Shown: one piece after another, positions 1-8,691 of the stretch
How positions within the stretch are numbered: position 1 is the first letter of the stretch
Layout of the letters: each line of letters starts with the position of its first letter
IMG/VR virus record: IMGVR_UViG_3300011008_000181
Source of the DNA: a virus
DNA length: 33,613 nucleotides
Strand: one strand, 5' to 3'
Program-made: the position numbers and the translations under genes
Notes under the pieces: generated by a model
The model's input: the letters and a program-made list of their open reading frames with translations, nothing else
The model's database searches: none
Told to the model about the DNA's origin: nothing

Positions 1-34
1 CTTCAAAAAAACTCTACGCGTGCGCGTGCGCGTA
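1..34. repeat. 34-nt direct terminal repeat, left copy (identical to 33580-33613)
   Basis: CTTCAAAAAAACTCTACGCGTGCGCGTGCGCGTA is present at both ends of the window. This is either a circular-assembly overlap or true terminal redundancy. Confidence 0.95.
15..34. other. 20-nt perfectly alternating pyrimidine-purine tract (TACGCGTGCGCGTGCGCGTA), Z-DNA-prone, in the putative cos/packaging region
   Basis: Read directly from the sequence. It lies between the HNH gene and the small terminase start. Confidence 0.6.
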
Positions 35-46
35 AGGGGGGTCTAT

Positions 47-577
47 ATGGCAGAAAAGAAGACACCAAAAACACCAAAAAAGGCGGCGGAAGTTCCGAAG
101 AAATCGCCGGAGATAGAAAAAGATAGCGGGACTTTGAAAGAGTTACAAGAACTTTTGGAAGTCTTCGAGAAGATCCCGAAAGATAGACGGACTTTACTTC
201 TTACCCGCGCCAAAAAGGAAGCAGCGGGGGAGATCCTAACAGACGAAGCGATCGAAGCAGAAAGAAAAGCACTTCAACGCTTCTTTTCGGGGATCAAGGA
301 CAACCGCAAAAAGAAGTTAATAGCCCGCAAGATCGAAGAAGTGGCGTTCCAAGCCGTAATGATCCGGCAGGCAAAGGAAAGTCTTATTACCGAGGGACTA
401 CAAAAAGAGGTCGTCAACGGGTCGCAGCATTACCCGAAAGAAAACCCCGCGGTTTCTATCTACGACAAGAATTGCAGGGCATACCAAAGCAACATTGACA
501 AGTTGATCGAATACTTACCACCGAAAGAAGAAAAGGCAAAGTCCGCGCTTGCAGCATTGCGCGACGAGTTTAGTTAA
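47..577 (+). CDS. Terminase small subunit (P27-like)
   Basis: ATG at 47 is preceded by AAGGGGGG. The ORF-track start at 20 is an upstream in-frame GTG inside the terminal repeat. The protein is 176 aa with a Lys-rich N-terminus, ends 2 nt before the terL start, and follows an HNH gene as in HK97-like cos phages. Confidence 0.7.
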   Translation: MAEKKTPKTPKKAAEVPKKSPEIEKDSGTLKELQELLEVFEKIPKDRRTLLLTRAKKEAAGEILTDEAIEAERKALQRFFSGIKDNRKKKLIARKIEEVAFQAVMIRQAKESLITEGLQKEVVNGSQHYPKENPAVSIYDKNCRAYQSNIDKLIEYLPPKEEKAKSALAALRDEFS

Positions 578-578
578 T

Positions 579-2324
579 ATGGCAAAAAAGGCAGCAGGGG
601 CAGCAGGACAAGCCCCGTATAGCAATTACATATTCGAGTATTACGACAAGATTTGCCGGATCAAGAACGGGGAGAAGATCGAGGGCGTAAGAGCCGCCGG
701 AAAATACACGATCGCGATTTATAAGATCCTAACCGACGGGATCAAAAACGGCGTGTATGAATACGACGCAAAGAAAGCGAATAAAGCAATAAAGTTTATC
801 GAAAACTTTTGCCACCATTCCGAGGGACGCAACGATCTTTTGAAGTTGGAGTTATGGCAAAAGGCGGCAACCGCCGCAATGTTTGGCATATTAGACCCCG
901 CGACGCATTATAGGCAATTTCGCGAGGTCTTTTTGCTTGTCGCACGAAAGAACGGTAAAACATTATTTGCCGCGGCTATTATGGCTTATATGGCATACGT
1001 CGACGGAGAATACGGCGCGAAGTTATATTGCCTTGCGCCAAAATTGGATCAAGCCGATTTATGTTACGACGCATTTTATCAGATCGTGCAGGCGGAAAAG
1101 GAACTTGACGACATTACCAAGAAACGCCGCGCAGATATTTATATAAAAGACTTCAACACGACGATCAAGAAGATCGCGTTTAATTCCAAGAAGTCCGACG
1201 GTTTCAACCCGCACTTTGTACTTAACGACGAAATGGAAGCGTGGGCGGGCGATCAAGGCTTAAAGCAATACGAGGTTATGACGTCCGCGTTAGGCGCGAG
1301 AAAACAACCGCTTATTTTATCAACATCAACCGCCGGATATATCAACGACGGAATATTTGACGAACTTATGCGCAGATCTACCGCGTTCTTAAAAGGCAGA
1401 TCCGACGAAAAACGCTTGCTTCCGCTTTTGTATATCGTGGACGATCCCGAACTTTGGTACACGCGCGAAGAATTGGAAAAGTCAAACCCGAATTTGGACG
1501 TTTCCGTTTCGTGGGAGTTCTACCAAGAGCAAATAGCGATCGCGAAAGCGTCGTTGTCGAAAAAAGCGGAGTTCCTAACCAAGTATTGCAACATCAAGCA
1601 AAATTCTTCGATTGCGTGGCTTGAATTTGCAGACGTCGACAAGGCGGTCGGAAAGGATAAAGACGGGCTACCCGTTAAGTTATCGCTTGAAGACTTCCGC
1701 GGTTGCTATTGCGTCGGCGGGATCGACCTTTCAAGGACGACAGACCTTACGGCAGCGGTTATTATTATCGAGCGCGACGGGATCAATTACGTTTTCGGGC
1801 GTTTCTTTATGCCGCGCGAACGTTACAAAGTCGCAATCAACGAAGAAAACACGCCGTATAATATCTTTGAAGAACAAGGCTTCTTGCAAATATCCGGCGA
1901 CAACGCCGTCGACTACCGCGACGTTTACAAATGGTTTTTCGACCTTGTCAAGATCTACAAGATCCGCCCGTTAAAGGTAGGCTACGACCGATATAGCGCG
2001 CAATATTTAGTCCAAGATATGAAAGAAAGCGGCTTCCATATGGACGACGTTTACCAAGGTACGAACCTAACGCCGATCTTGCACGCTTTCGAGGGAGATC
2101 TAAAAGACGGCAACTACAACATAGGCGACAACGCCTTGTTGCAATCGCACTTACTAAACGTTGCGGTTGATATAAATATCAACGATAGCCGAATGAAACC
2201 CGTTAAGATTGAAAAACGCGCACACATAGACGGCGCGGTCGCAATCTTCGACGCGTTAGCGGTAAAAATGAAATATCACGACGAAGTAGGTAGACAACTA
2301 AAAAATGAGCGCAAGCCCGCATAA
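579..2324 (+). CDS. terL: Terminase large subunit
   Basis: 581 aa with a Walker-A-like 'LVARKNGKT' and a C-terminal nuclease region ('CVGGIDLS'). ATG at 579 is favoured over the TTG at 549. Position is between terS and portal. Confidence 0.9.
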   Translation: MAKKAAGAAGQAPYSNYIFEYYDKICRIKNGEKIEGVRAAGKYTIAIYKILTDGIKNGVYEYDAKKANKAIKFIENFCHHSEGRNDLLKLELWQKAATAAMFGILDPATHYRQFREVFLLVARKNGKTLFAAAIMAYMAYVDGEYGAKLYCLAPKLDQADLCYDAFYQIVQAEKELDDITKKRRADIYIKDFNTTIKKIAFNSKKSDGFNPHFVLNDEMEAWAGDQGLKQYEVMTSALGARKQPLILSTSTAGYINDGIFDELMRRSTAFLKGRSDEKRLLPLLYIVDDPELWYTREELEKSNPNLDVSVSWEFYQEQIAIAKASLSKKAEFLTKYCNIKQNSSIAWLEFADVDKAVGKDKDGLPVKLSLEDFRGCYCVGGIDLSRTTDLTAAVIIIERDGINYVFGRFFMPRERYKVAINEENTPYNIFEEQGFLQISGDNAVDYRDVYKWFFDLVKIYKIRPLKVGYDRYSAQYLVQDMKESGFHMDDVYQGTNLTPILHAFEGDLKDGNYNIGDNALLQSHLLNVAVDININDSRMKPVKIEKRAHIDGAVAIFDALAVKMKYHDEVGRQLKNERKPA

Positions 2325-2342
2325 ATAAAGGGATTGCAGCAG

Positions 2343-2382
2343 AAAACGCCCGTTAAAAACATAATAACAAACGGGCGTTTTT
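2343..2382 (+). terminator. Intrinsic-terminator-like hairpin between terL and portal
   Basis: AAAACGCCCGTT (2343-2354) pairs perfectly with AACGGGCGTTTT (2370-2381), giving a 12-bp stem and 15-nt loop. The 3' arm runs into a T tract. Confidence 0.6.
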
Positions 2383-2401
2383 ATTGTGTAATATGTGGGT
2401 A
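2362..2401 (+). repeat. 40-nt repeat copy A (39/40 identical to 18182-18221)
   Basis: TAATAACAAACGGGCGTTTTTATTGTGTAATATGTGGGTA compared with the copy at the end of the RT gene shows a single T/G mismatch. Confidence 0.9.
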
Positions 2402-2429
2402 GATTGGAAAAGAAAGGGGGCGCGACAAT

Positions 2430-3701
2430 TTGGGTCTAATCAAAGATTTGTTGAATTTAAGACGTTATAAGTACGCGCCTATTTTCGCTTTTCGTGGAGA
2501 GTATCAAGGATCAAGCGACCTTTACAAGTCCGACGTGATCGGATCAATCGCGAATTGCATTGCGTCAAATTTGGGAAAGTTGACCCCGCAAGTGATCCGC
2601 AGGGACGCCGCAGGGCTTACGATCAAAGACGACTATTTGGCAAAATTGCTTTCGCTTCGTTGGTCGCCGGAAATAACACCGTTCGACGGACTTTACAAAA
2701 TGGCTTCGGATCTTGTCTATAAGTCTAACGCTTTCGCGGTTGTATTTTACAACGCGGACTTTACAAGGGTACAAAGCATTGTTCCGGTAACGGTTAAGTC
2801 GTTCCGAATTTGGGAAGAAGAAAACAATATCTTTTTCCGTTTTGTTTGGGACTACAACGGCGAAGAATACACATTGCCGTATCAATCCGTGATCCACTTA
2901 AAAGCCCGCTACGATCGAAAGCGATTTATAGGAACTTCGCCGGAAAGTCAGTTAAAAACAACCCTTGAATTGTTAGACACTACGGGCGAAAGCCTACGGA
3001 ACGCGGTAAACAATTCCGCGAACCTTAAAGGCTATTTGAAATATAACAACTTTGCAGACGAAGACGAACTTAAACAAAAAGTTCGCGACTTCCAAGAAGC
3101 GTATATGAGCGCAGCGAACGACGGCGGAATTGCGGGTCTTGATAATTCTATGGAGTTCCACGAGATCACGCAGCACACAAACGCAATTCCGGTTACGCAA
3201 TCCGCTTTCTTACGCGAAAACCTTTATCGTTACTACAACGTAAACGAAAAGATCCTTAATTCGACATACAACGAAAGCGAATGGAACGCATTTTATGAAG
3301 CCGTAATCGAGCCGATCGCGTTACAACTTTCGCTTGAATTTACATACAAGTTATTGTCAGAGCGCGAACGCGGCTTCGGAAATAAGATCATCTTTACCGC
3401 TAACCGCTTGCAATATGCAACATTGCAGACGCGCGTAAATTTGGGATCGCAACTTTTCGATCGCGGTATCATCACAATAAACGAATACCGCGAACTTATG
3501 TATTACGAGCCGATCGAAGACGGCGACGTCCGAATGGTAAGTCTTAACTACGTTAAGGCGGACGAACAATCAATCTATCAGATCGGCGAAGACGCGGCAG
3601 CAGGCAGCAGGGGAGATCCGGCAGCAGGCGACGCGCAAAACAAATTACAAGCAATCGCGTTATATATTCCGACGCGCAAAAACGCAGGAAAGGGGGTGTA
3701 A
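2430..3701 (+). CDS. Portal protein (HK97-family-like)
   Basis: 423 aa, TTG start after AAAGGGGG. Canonical position between terL and the ClpP-like prohead protease. Confidence 0.8.
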   Translation: MGLIKDLLNLRRYKYAPIFAFRGEYQGSSDLYKSDVIGSIANCIASNLGKLTPQVIRRDAAGLTIKDDYLAKLLSLRWSPEITPFDGLYKMASDLVYKSNAFAVVFYNADFTRVQSIVPVTVKSFRIWEEENNIFFRFVWDYNGEEYTLPYQSVIHLKARYDRKRFIGTSPESQLKTTLELLDTTGESLRNAVNNSANLKGYLKYNNFADEDELKQKVRDFQEAYMSAANDGGIAGLDNSMEFHEITQHTNAIPVTQSAFLRENLYRYYNVNEKILNSTYNESEWNAFYEAVIEPIALQLSLEFTYKLLSERERGFGNKIIFTANRLQYATLQTRVNLGSQLFDRGIITINEYRELMYYEPIEDGDVRMVSLNYVKADEQSIYQIGEDAAAGSRGDPAAGDAQNKLQAIALYIPTRKNAGKGV

Positions 3702-3704
3702 AAC

Positions 3705-4460
3705 GTGCCTAAAATTTTTAATTGCTTCGAGGTAAAAAACGAAACCGAGAACAAAGCCGACTTGTATTTTTACGGCGACATTGTTTCCGATTGGTGGGGA
3801 GCGTGGCAGGACGAAGACCAATACCCGAACGCGGTAAAAGACTTCCTAACCGCGCAGGCGGGAAAGGATCTTAATATTTACATAAATTCGGGCGGCGGAT
3901 CAGTATTTGCGGGTATCGCAATTTACAATATGATCCAAAGACACGCCGCAAAGAACAAAGTTCAAGTCTATGTGGACGGTTTAGCGGGATCTATTGCGTC
4001 GGTAATAGCGTTTGCAGGAAGCGAACCGCCCAAAATTCCGTCGAACGCCTTTTTTATGATCCACAATCCGTGGTCTTACGGCGAGGGAAACGCCGCAGAA
4101 CTTCGTAAAATGGCGGACGATTTAGACGAAATCGCAATCGGTATGTTGAACATTTACGGAAAGCACCTAAAAGACGACGTTTCAATCGACACCATAAAAG
4201 AACTTATGGACGCCGAAACGTGGTTAAACGGGGAAGAAGCGGCAAAGTATTTCAACGTTGAAGTTACAGACGCGAAAGAATACGCCGCAGCCGTTGGCGA
4301 CTATATGGGTCGCGCCGATCGCGAAAAGATCCCGAAAGGGCTTTTGAAAAAGCCAAGTTCGCAGGAAGCGGACAAGGCAAAAGCAGCAGAACGCGAAGCG
4401 GAAACAATCAGAACCCGCAACGCGCTTATGCGTAACTATTTGGAAATTATCACACAGTAA
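3705..4460 (+). CDS. Prohead maturation protease, ClpP-like serine protease
   Basis: Motifs 'INSGGGSVFAG', 'GLAGSIASVIAF' (Ser) and 'MIHNPW' (His). Lies between portal and capsid. GTG start. Confidence 0.85.
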   Translation: MPKIFNCFEVKNETENKADLYFYGDIVSDWWGAWQDEDQYPNAVKDFLTAQAGKDLNIYINSGGGSVFAGIAIYNMIQRHAAKNKVQVYVDGLAGSIASVIAFAGSEPPKIPSNAFFMIHNPWSYGEGNAAELRKMADDLDEIAIGMLNIYGKHLKDDVSIDTIKELMDAETWLNGEEAAKYFNVEVTDAKEYAAAVGDYMGRADREKIPKGLLKKPSSQEADKAKAAEREAETIRTRNALMRNYLEIITQ

Positions 4461-4481
4461 AAAGAAAGGGGTAAAACCAAA

Positions 4482-5714
4482 ATGAAACACGAAGATCTTA
4501 TCAAAATGAGTGTAAAAGACCTTGAAAAGCACATTGCCGGACTTGTAGAGCAGAGCAAGACCGCAGAGGGCGAAGCCCTTAACGCAATCGTAGCAGAGGT
4601 TGAAGACGCAAAGGGCATTATCGCAGACGCGAAGACACGCGCACAGTTGCAGACAATGGCAGCCGTAGCCGATCCCGACGAGAACGAGGACGGCGACGAG
4701 GGCAAGGCAGGCGAAACCGGAGAAGCAAACGCAAAGACAAAGGCTTTTGCAGAGCGTGGCGCAGCAGCCAAGGCAGGAAAAGCGGTTAAGTATTCCGCAA
4801 AGACACTTTCCCGCAAGGTAAAGAACGCGCTTTCCGTATCACAGACCGCACCCGTAGTTCATACCGCAAACGACGTTAAGGAAACATTTAACGACGTTTC
4901 CGGTCTTATTGATCGCGTTAAGGCAATTCCGCTTAACGGCGGCGAAACTTACAACCGCGGTTTTGTTAAGTCTTACGGCAGCGGCGGAAACGTAACCGCA
5001 GAGGGCGGAACATATAGCAGCAACGAACCCGTTTTCGGTTATGTAACAATCGAGAAGCAGAAAGTTACCGCTTACACAGAAGAACCCGAAGAAATGGCAA
5101 AGTTGCCTAACGCAGACTACGACGGCGTAGTTGAACAGAGTGTTACAAGAGCCGTTAGACGTAAGATCACACGTCAGATCATCAACGGCGACGGATCTAC
5201 CGGAACTATCAAGGGTATTTTCTACGTTCCCGCTTCCGCAAGCGACGACGTAATCGACAGAAATACCGATCTTACAATGAGCGCGATCACAAATACAACG
5301 CTTGACGAGATCATTTATTCATACGGCGGCGACGAGGACGTGGAAGCAATCGCAACACTTATCCTTAACAAAGCCGATCTTAAAGCGTTCGCAATGCTTC
5401 GCGATCAGCAGGGAAGAAAGGTTTACACAATCGTTAATAACGGCAATAGCGGAACTATTGACGGCGTGCCTTTCATCATCAATAGTGCGTGCGACGCGGT
5501 ATCAGCAACAAAGACTTCCGCAACACCTTATTGTATGGCATACGGCGCACTTGAAAACTTCGAGTTAGCCGTATTTAGCGACATTGACGCGAGAAAGTCC
5601 GAAGACTACAAGTTCGCAACCGGACAGATCGCATATCGCGCGTCTACATTTGTCGGTGGTGCGGTAGCAGCCTACAACGGCTTTATCCGTGTAAAGAGAG
5701 CAGCGCAGGGCTAA
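4482..5714 (+). CDS. Major capsid protein (HK97 fold) with N-terminal coiled-coil delta/scaffold domain
   Basis: 410 aa with an Ala/Glu/Lys-rich N-terminal ~110 aa followed by a globular domain. Directly follows the protease. Strong RBS AAAGGGG. Confidence 0.85.
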   Translation: MKHEDLIKMSVKDLEKHIAGLVEQSKTAEGEALNAIVAEVEDAKGIIADAKTRAQLQTMAAVADPDENEDGDEGKAGETGEANAKTKAFAERGAAAKAGKAVKYSAKTLSRKVKNALSVSQTAPVVHTANDVKETFNDVSGLIDRVKAIPLNGGETYNRGFVKSYGSGGNVTAEGGTYSSNEPVFGYVTIEKQKVTAYTEEPEEMAKLPNADYDGVVEQSVTRAVRRKITRQIINGDGSTGTIKGIFYVPASASDDVIDRNTDLTMSAITNTTLDEIIYSYGGDEDVEAIATLILNKADLKAFAMLRDQQGRKVYTIVNNGNSGTIDGVPFIINSACDAVSATKTSATPYCMAYGALENFELAVFSDIDARKSEDYKFATGQIAYRASTFVGGAVAAYNGFIRVKRAAQG

Positions 5715-5737
5715 TAGCAAGGGGGCAAGGTTAAGCA

Positions 5738-6082
5738 ATGACTAAAGCGGAATTATTGAGCGCGGCAAAGTTAAGAGTGAGAAAAAGCGCAACGGACGGG
5801 TTAGACGCGGACGTTGAACGCCTTGTCGATACGGCTTTAAGTGATCTTGAACGTATCGGCGTCAAGTCTTCGTGGCTTTCCGCGCCCGAAGACCCGCTTT
5901 TGATCGAAGCGGTTTTGTCCTACGTTAAGGCAAATTATAGCATTAGCGACGACTACGACATTTTGATCGGCGTTTACAATATGGTTTTAACCAAAATCAA
6001 GGGTTGCGCGAAATACTTTGCAGAAAAGCCCGAAGAACCCGCAGCAGATCCGGCAGATCCGGCAGCAGGCGGCGGAGATTAA
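5738..6082 (+). CDS. Head-tail connector protein (gp6-like)
   Basis: 114 aa, first gene after the capsid gene. The N-terminus 'AELLSAAKLRVRKS...LDADVERLVDTALSDLERIGV' is typical of this family. Confidence 0.6.
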   Translation: MTKAELLSAAKLRVRKSATDGLDADVERLVDTALSDLERIGVKSSWLSAPEDPLLIEAVLSYVKANYSISDDYDILIGVYNMVLTKIKGCAKYFAEKPEEPAADPADPAAGGGD

Positions 6083-6094
6083 AGGGGGCAGAGT

Positions 6095-6382
6095 ATGGAA
6101 GACGTAGAAATCAAACTTGTAAGCGTTGGAGAAACGACCGACGAAGACGTCCCAACGACAGTATTTGCAACAAAAGATCCCGTAGGACGCGACGAGTTCA
6201 ACGCAGCGGGTCAAATGGGAATGAAAGCGGAATACAAGTTCACTATGTGGGCGGCAGAATATGACGGTCAAGAAGAAGTCGAGTTCGACGGCAACCGTCT
6301 TTCGATTTACCGGACATACGGCGCACGCCGCGACGGAAAGATCGAACTATACACGGCGGAAAGGGCGGGAAATGGTAGTTAA
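6095..6382 (+). CDS. Head closure / head-tail adaptor protein
   Basis: 95 aa. Called from position and size in the connector module. Confidence 0.5.
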   Translation: MEDVEIKLVSVGETTDEDVPTTVFATKDPVGRDEFNAAGQMGMKAEYKFTMWAAEYDGQEEVEFDGNRLSIYRTYGARRDGKIELYTAERAGNGS

Positions 6383-6776
6383 TGTAGGTTACGACAAACT
6401 TTCCGAAGAATTGCAAAAGCAACTTTCGGAGTATTCGCAGGACATAACAAAAGGACTTAACGAAGCGTTCAAAGATTTAGCAGAACAAGGCGTTAAGGAA
6501 TTGCAGCAGGGGAAACCCTACCACAACCGAACGGGTCAATATGCGAAGAATTTTGCCGTTACGCAGCGAAAAACGGCGTCAACGGTACAAGGTGCGGAAA
6601 GTTACACGATCTACAATAAAAAACGCTATCAAATAACGCATTTGCTTGAACACGGACACTTAACCCGCAAGGGATCGAGAACGGCAGCGTTTAAGCATTG
6701 GCAACCCGCACTTGACAATATAGACAAGGCGGCAGAAAAAGCAATCGAAAAGGTCGTAAGAAATGCAGGCGGTTGA
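6372..6776 (+). CDS. HK97 gp10-like tail/neck component
   Basis: ATG at 6372 overlaps the upstream stop by 11 nt, so the ORF-track start at 6261 is probably too far upstream. Called from position in the connector module. Confidence 0.5.
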   Translation: MVVNVGYDKLSEELQKQLSEYSQDITKGLNEAFKDLAEQGVKELQQGKPYHNRTGQYAKNFAVTQRKTASTVQGAESYTIYNKKRYQITHLLEHGHLTRKGSRTAAFKHWQPALDNIDKAAEKAIEKVVRNAGG

Positions 6777-6791
6777 AAGGGGGTCTAATCT

Positions 6792-7148
6792 ATGCCAACA
6801 TTCGACGAAATTGTCGCAAGGGCGGCGGCGTTGGACTATCCGATCGCCGAAAACGAATTTACGGTCACGAAGCAGAACCCCGCCCCGACATTACCGTTTA
6901 TATGCTATCAGCGTGTGGAACGGTACACGGGAACGGATCAAGCGGTTAGGATAAAAACAACGGAAGCGTCGTTCGAGTTCTACACGGACAGACGACCAAG
7001 CGCGGCAGACAAAGCGGCAATCGCAGAGTTTGAAGCGAAAGTCCTACCGGATATTGATTTTGTGAAGACACAAACTTTTATTCGTGACGAAAATATGACA
7101 ATGACGGCTTACGAGTTCGTAACCGTCGAGAAATTACGAAAGGGGTAA
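6792..7148 (+). CDS. Putative tail terminator / tail completion protein
   Basis: 118 aa, immediately upstream of the major tail protein. The call rests on position only. Confidence 0.35.
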   Translation: MPTFDEIVARAAALDYPIAENEFTVTKQNPAPTLPFICYQRVERYTGTDQAVRIKTTEASFEFYTDRRPSAADKAAIAEFEAKVLPDIDFVKTQTFIRDENMTMTAYEFVTVEKLRKG

Positions 7149-7155
7149 AAAGAAA

Positions 7156-7962
7156 ATGAGTGCAGCAGAAAGAATTATTTTAGGATCGGGCTATTTGCAC
7201 GTTGCTACTTTCACAAAGGGCGCGACAATTCCCAATCCCGAAGATTTTTGCGTCGAAGACAACAAGTACGCTTATATTTCCGGCGGCGCAGAGTTGGAGT
7301 ATAAGCCGGAGTTTTACGAAGCAAAAGACGATATGGGTAAGGTTGCAAAGTCTGTTATGACAGACGAGGAAGCAACACTTAAAGCCGGAATTATGACATT
7401 TACCGGAAACACCCTTGACAAGTTGTGCGATACCGCACGCGTAACCGAGCGCGACAACGCTATCGACGGTAAGCATTACCGCGAAGTAAAGGTCGGCGGC
7501 GCAGGCAACGCAAAGGGCGCAAAGTATGTTATTTGCTTCCACCACGTCGACGCCGTGGACGGCGATATTTATTTAATGATCGTCGGACAGAACCAAGCAG
7601 GCTTTACACTTTCTTTCAAGAAAGACGAAGCGACAGTTGTAGACGCAGAGTTCCACGCGCTGCCAATGGACGGCGAGGGAACACTTATCGACTACGTCGA
7701 GGAAGTACCGAACGCGGTTACAACTTACACCGTAACACAGACACTTTCACACGTTACTTCTTCGTTCGTGGGATCAGAGATCGAAGCGGGCGCAGACTTT
7801 GAAGCAACACTTACCGCAGCAAGCGGCTACACAATCGGAACACCTACCGTCGTAATGGGCGGCGAAGTTGTTTCCGGCGCGTGGGACGCTTCAACCGGAA
7901 AGGTAACGATCGAAAACGTATCGGGTAACGTTTCCGTAACCGCGGTTGCAACCGAGGACTAA
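7156..7962 (+). CDS. Major tail protein with C-terminal Ig-like extension
   Basis: 268 aa, last gene before the chaperone pair and tape measure. Has a Thr/Val/Ser-rich beta-type C-terminus and is followed by a GC-rich hairpin. Confidence 0.65.
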   Translation: MSAAERIILGSGYLHVATFTKGATIPNPEDFCVEDNKYAYISGGAELEYKPEFYEAKDDMGKVAKSVMTDEEATLKAGIMTFTGNTLDKLCDTARVTERDNAIDGKHYREVKVGGAGNAKGAKYVICFHHVDAVDGDIYLMIVGQNQAGFTLSFKKDEATVVDAEFHALPMDGEGTLIDYVEEVPNAVTTYTVTQTLSHVTSSFVGSEIEAGADFEATLTAASGYTIGTPTVVMGGEVVSGAWDASTGKVTIENVSGNVSVTAVATED

Positions 7963-8000
7963 AAACCGGATAAAAGCCCGAATAACCACAATCAACAGTA

Positions 8001-8034
8001 GCGGCGGCGGGCGGAACAATCTACCCGACCGCCG
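8001..8034 (+). terminator. GC-rich hairpin after the major tail gene
   Basis: GCGGCGGCGG...CCCGACCGCCG. The arms resemble those of the hairpin after the DGR VR at 16273-16295. The following T tract is weak. Confidence 0.35.
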
Positions 8035-8071
8035 TTAATTCTTACAAAGAATACGAAAGGAAATAAATATT

Positions 8072-8401
8072 ATGGCAAATGTAAGTTTTGATTTTAACAA
8101 GATCCCCCGTTCTTTCTTCAACGTAACTTTAAAGGACGGAAGAAAGTTACAAGTAAAAATGCCGAAGAAAAAGACTTTTGAGAAGTTGCAGGCATTACAG
8201 AATATGGATCAGAACGCCGTCGAGATCGACGACTTATTAGACACTTTCGGCGCACTTTGCGCGGAAACACTTTCGCACAATTTAAACGGCGAAACAGTAA
8301 CCGCCGACTATATGACCGAAAATTATGATATTGAGGAAATGACCGAGTTCATAAAGACATTTTATGTATTCGTTGGAAATATTACGAACGACCCAAACTA
8401 A
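8072..8401 (+). CDS. Tail assembly chaperone (gpG-like)
   Basis: 109 aa, acidic, directly upstream of the tape measure. Ends just after a slippery heptamer. Confidence 0.6.
   Translation: MANVSFDFNKIPRSFFNVTLKDGRKLQVKMPKKKTFEKLQALQNMDQNAVEIDDLLDTFGALCAETLSHNLNGETVTADYMTENYDIEEMTEFIKTFYVFVGNITNDPN
8392..8398 (+). promoter_or_regulatory. Putative -1 programmed frameshift site C_CCA_AAC
   Basis: An X_XXY_YYZ heptamer in the zero frame (gac cca aac taa), 1 codon before the stop. The -1 frame is open from here to 8691. Confidence 0.5.
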
Positions 8402-8403
8402 AG

Positions 8404-8691
8404 TTGCCCTACTATGCAGGGGGCAAAAAACAAAAATTTCACTACAAGCCGGAAACCGAGGGCGAACACCTTGTCGTCGCATATACGGGGCTTAATATCC
8501 GGCAAATAGACGAAATGGACTTCGACGAATATTTGTTTTATATGCGCGAAGCCTATATTTACAACCTAAACCAAACGGAAGACGGACGCGAATATTTGGC
8601 GAATTGTTGGCGTATGACACAAACAAAACCGGATCGAAGCAGACTTCGGGATCAGTTCGGAAAAGGGGCGACAAATGGCAGCAAACATTAA
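8404..8691 (+). CDS. gpT-like extension, probably expressed as a G-T fusion (8072..8398 joined to 8398..8691) by -1 frameshift
   Basis: The ORF is in the -1 frame relative to 8072..8401 and has no convincing RBS or ATG of its own. It overlaps the tape-measure start. Confidence 0.5.
   Translation: MPYYAGGKKQKFHYKPETEGEHLVVAYTGLNIRQIDEMDFDEYLFYMREAYIYNLNQTEDGREYLANCWRMTQTKPDRSRLRDQFGKGATNGSKH

Noticed and set aside
21-33. GCGCGTG, the heptamer reported as Chi in Lactococcus, occurs within the alternating tract next to the putative cos site.
   Set aside because: The host is unknown. It is a single short occurrence within a low-complexity CG/TG tract, and I cannot support a Chi function from the sequence alone.
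4436-4816. A 126-aa - strand Ala/Ser-rich ORF lies over the capsid N-terminal region. There are other antisense or alternate-frame ORFs, for example 6004-6264, 7533-7802, 26390-26578, 29039-29365 and 31887-32288.
   Set aside because: All are embedded in well-supported genes. They are Arg- or Ala/Ser-rich frame shadows, and they lack RBSs.
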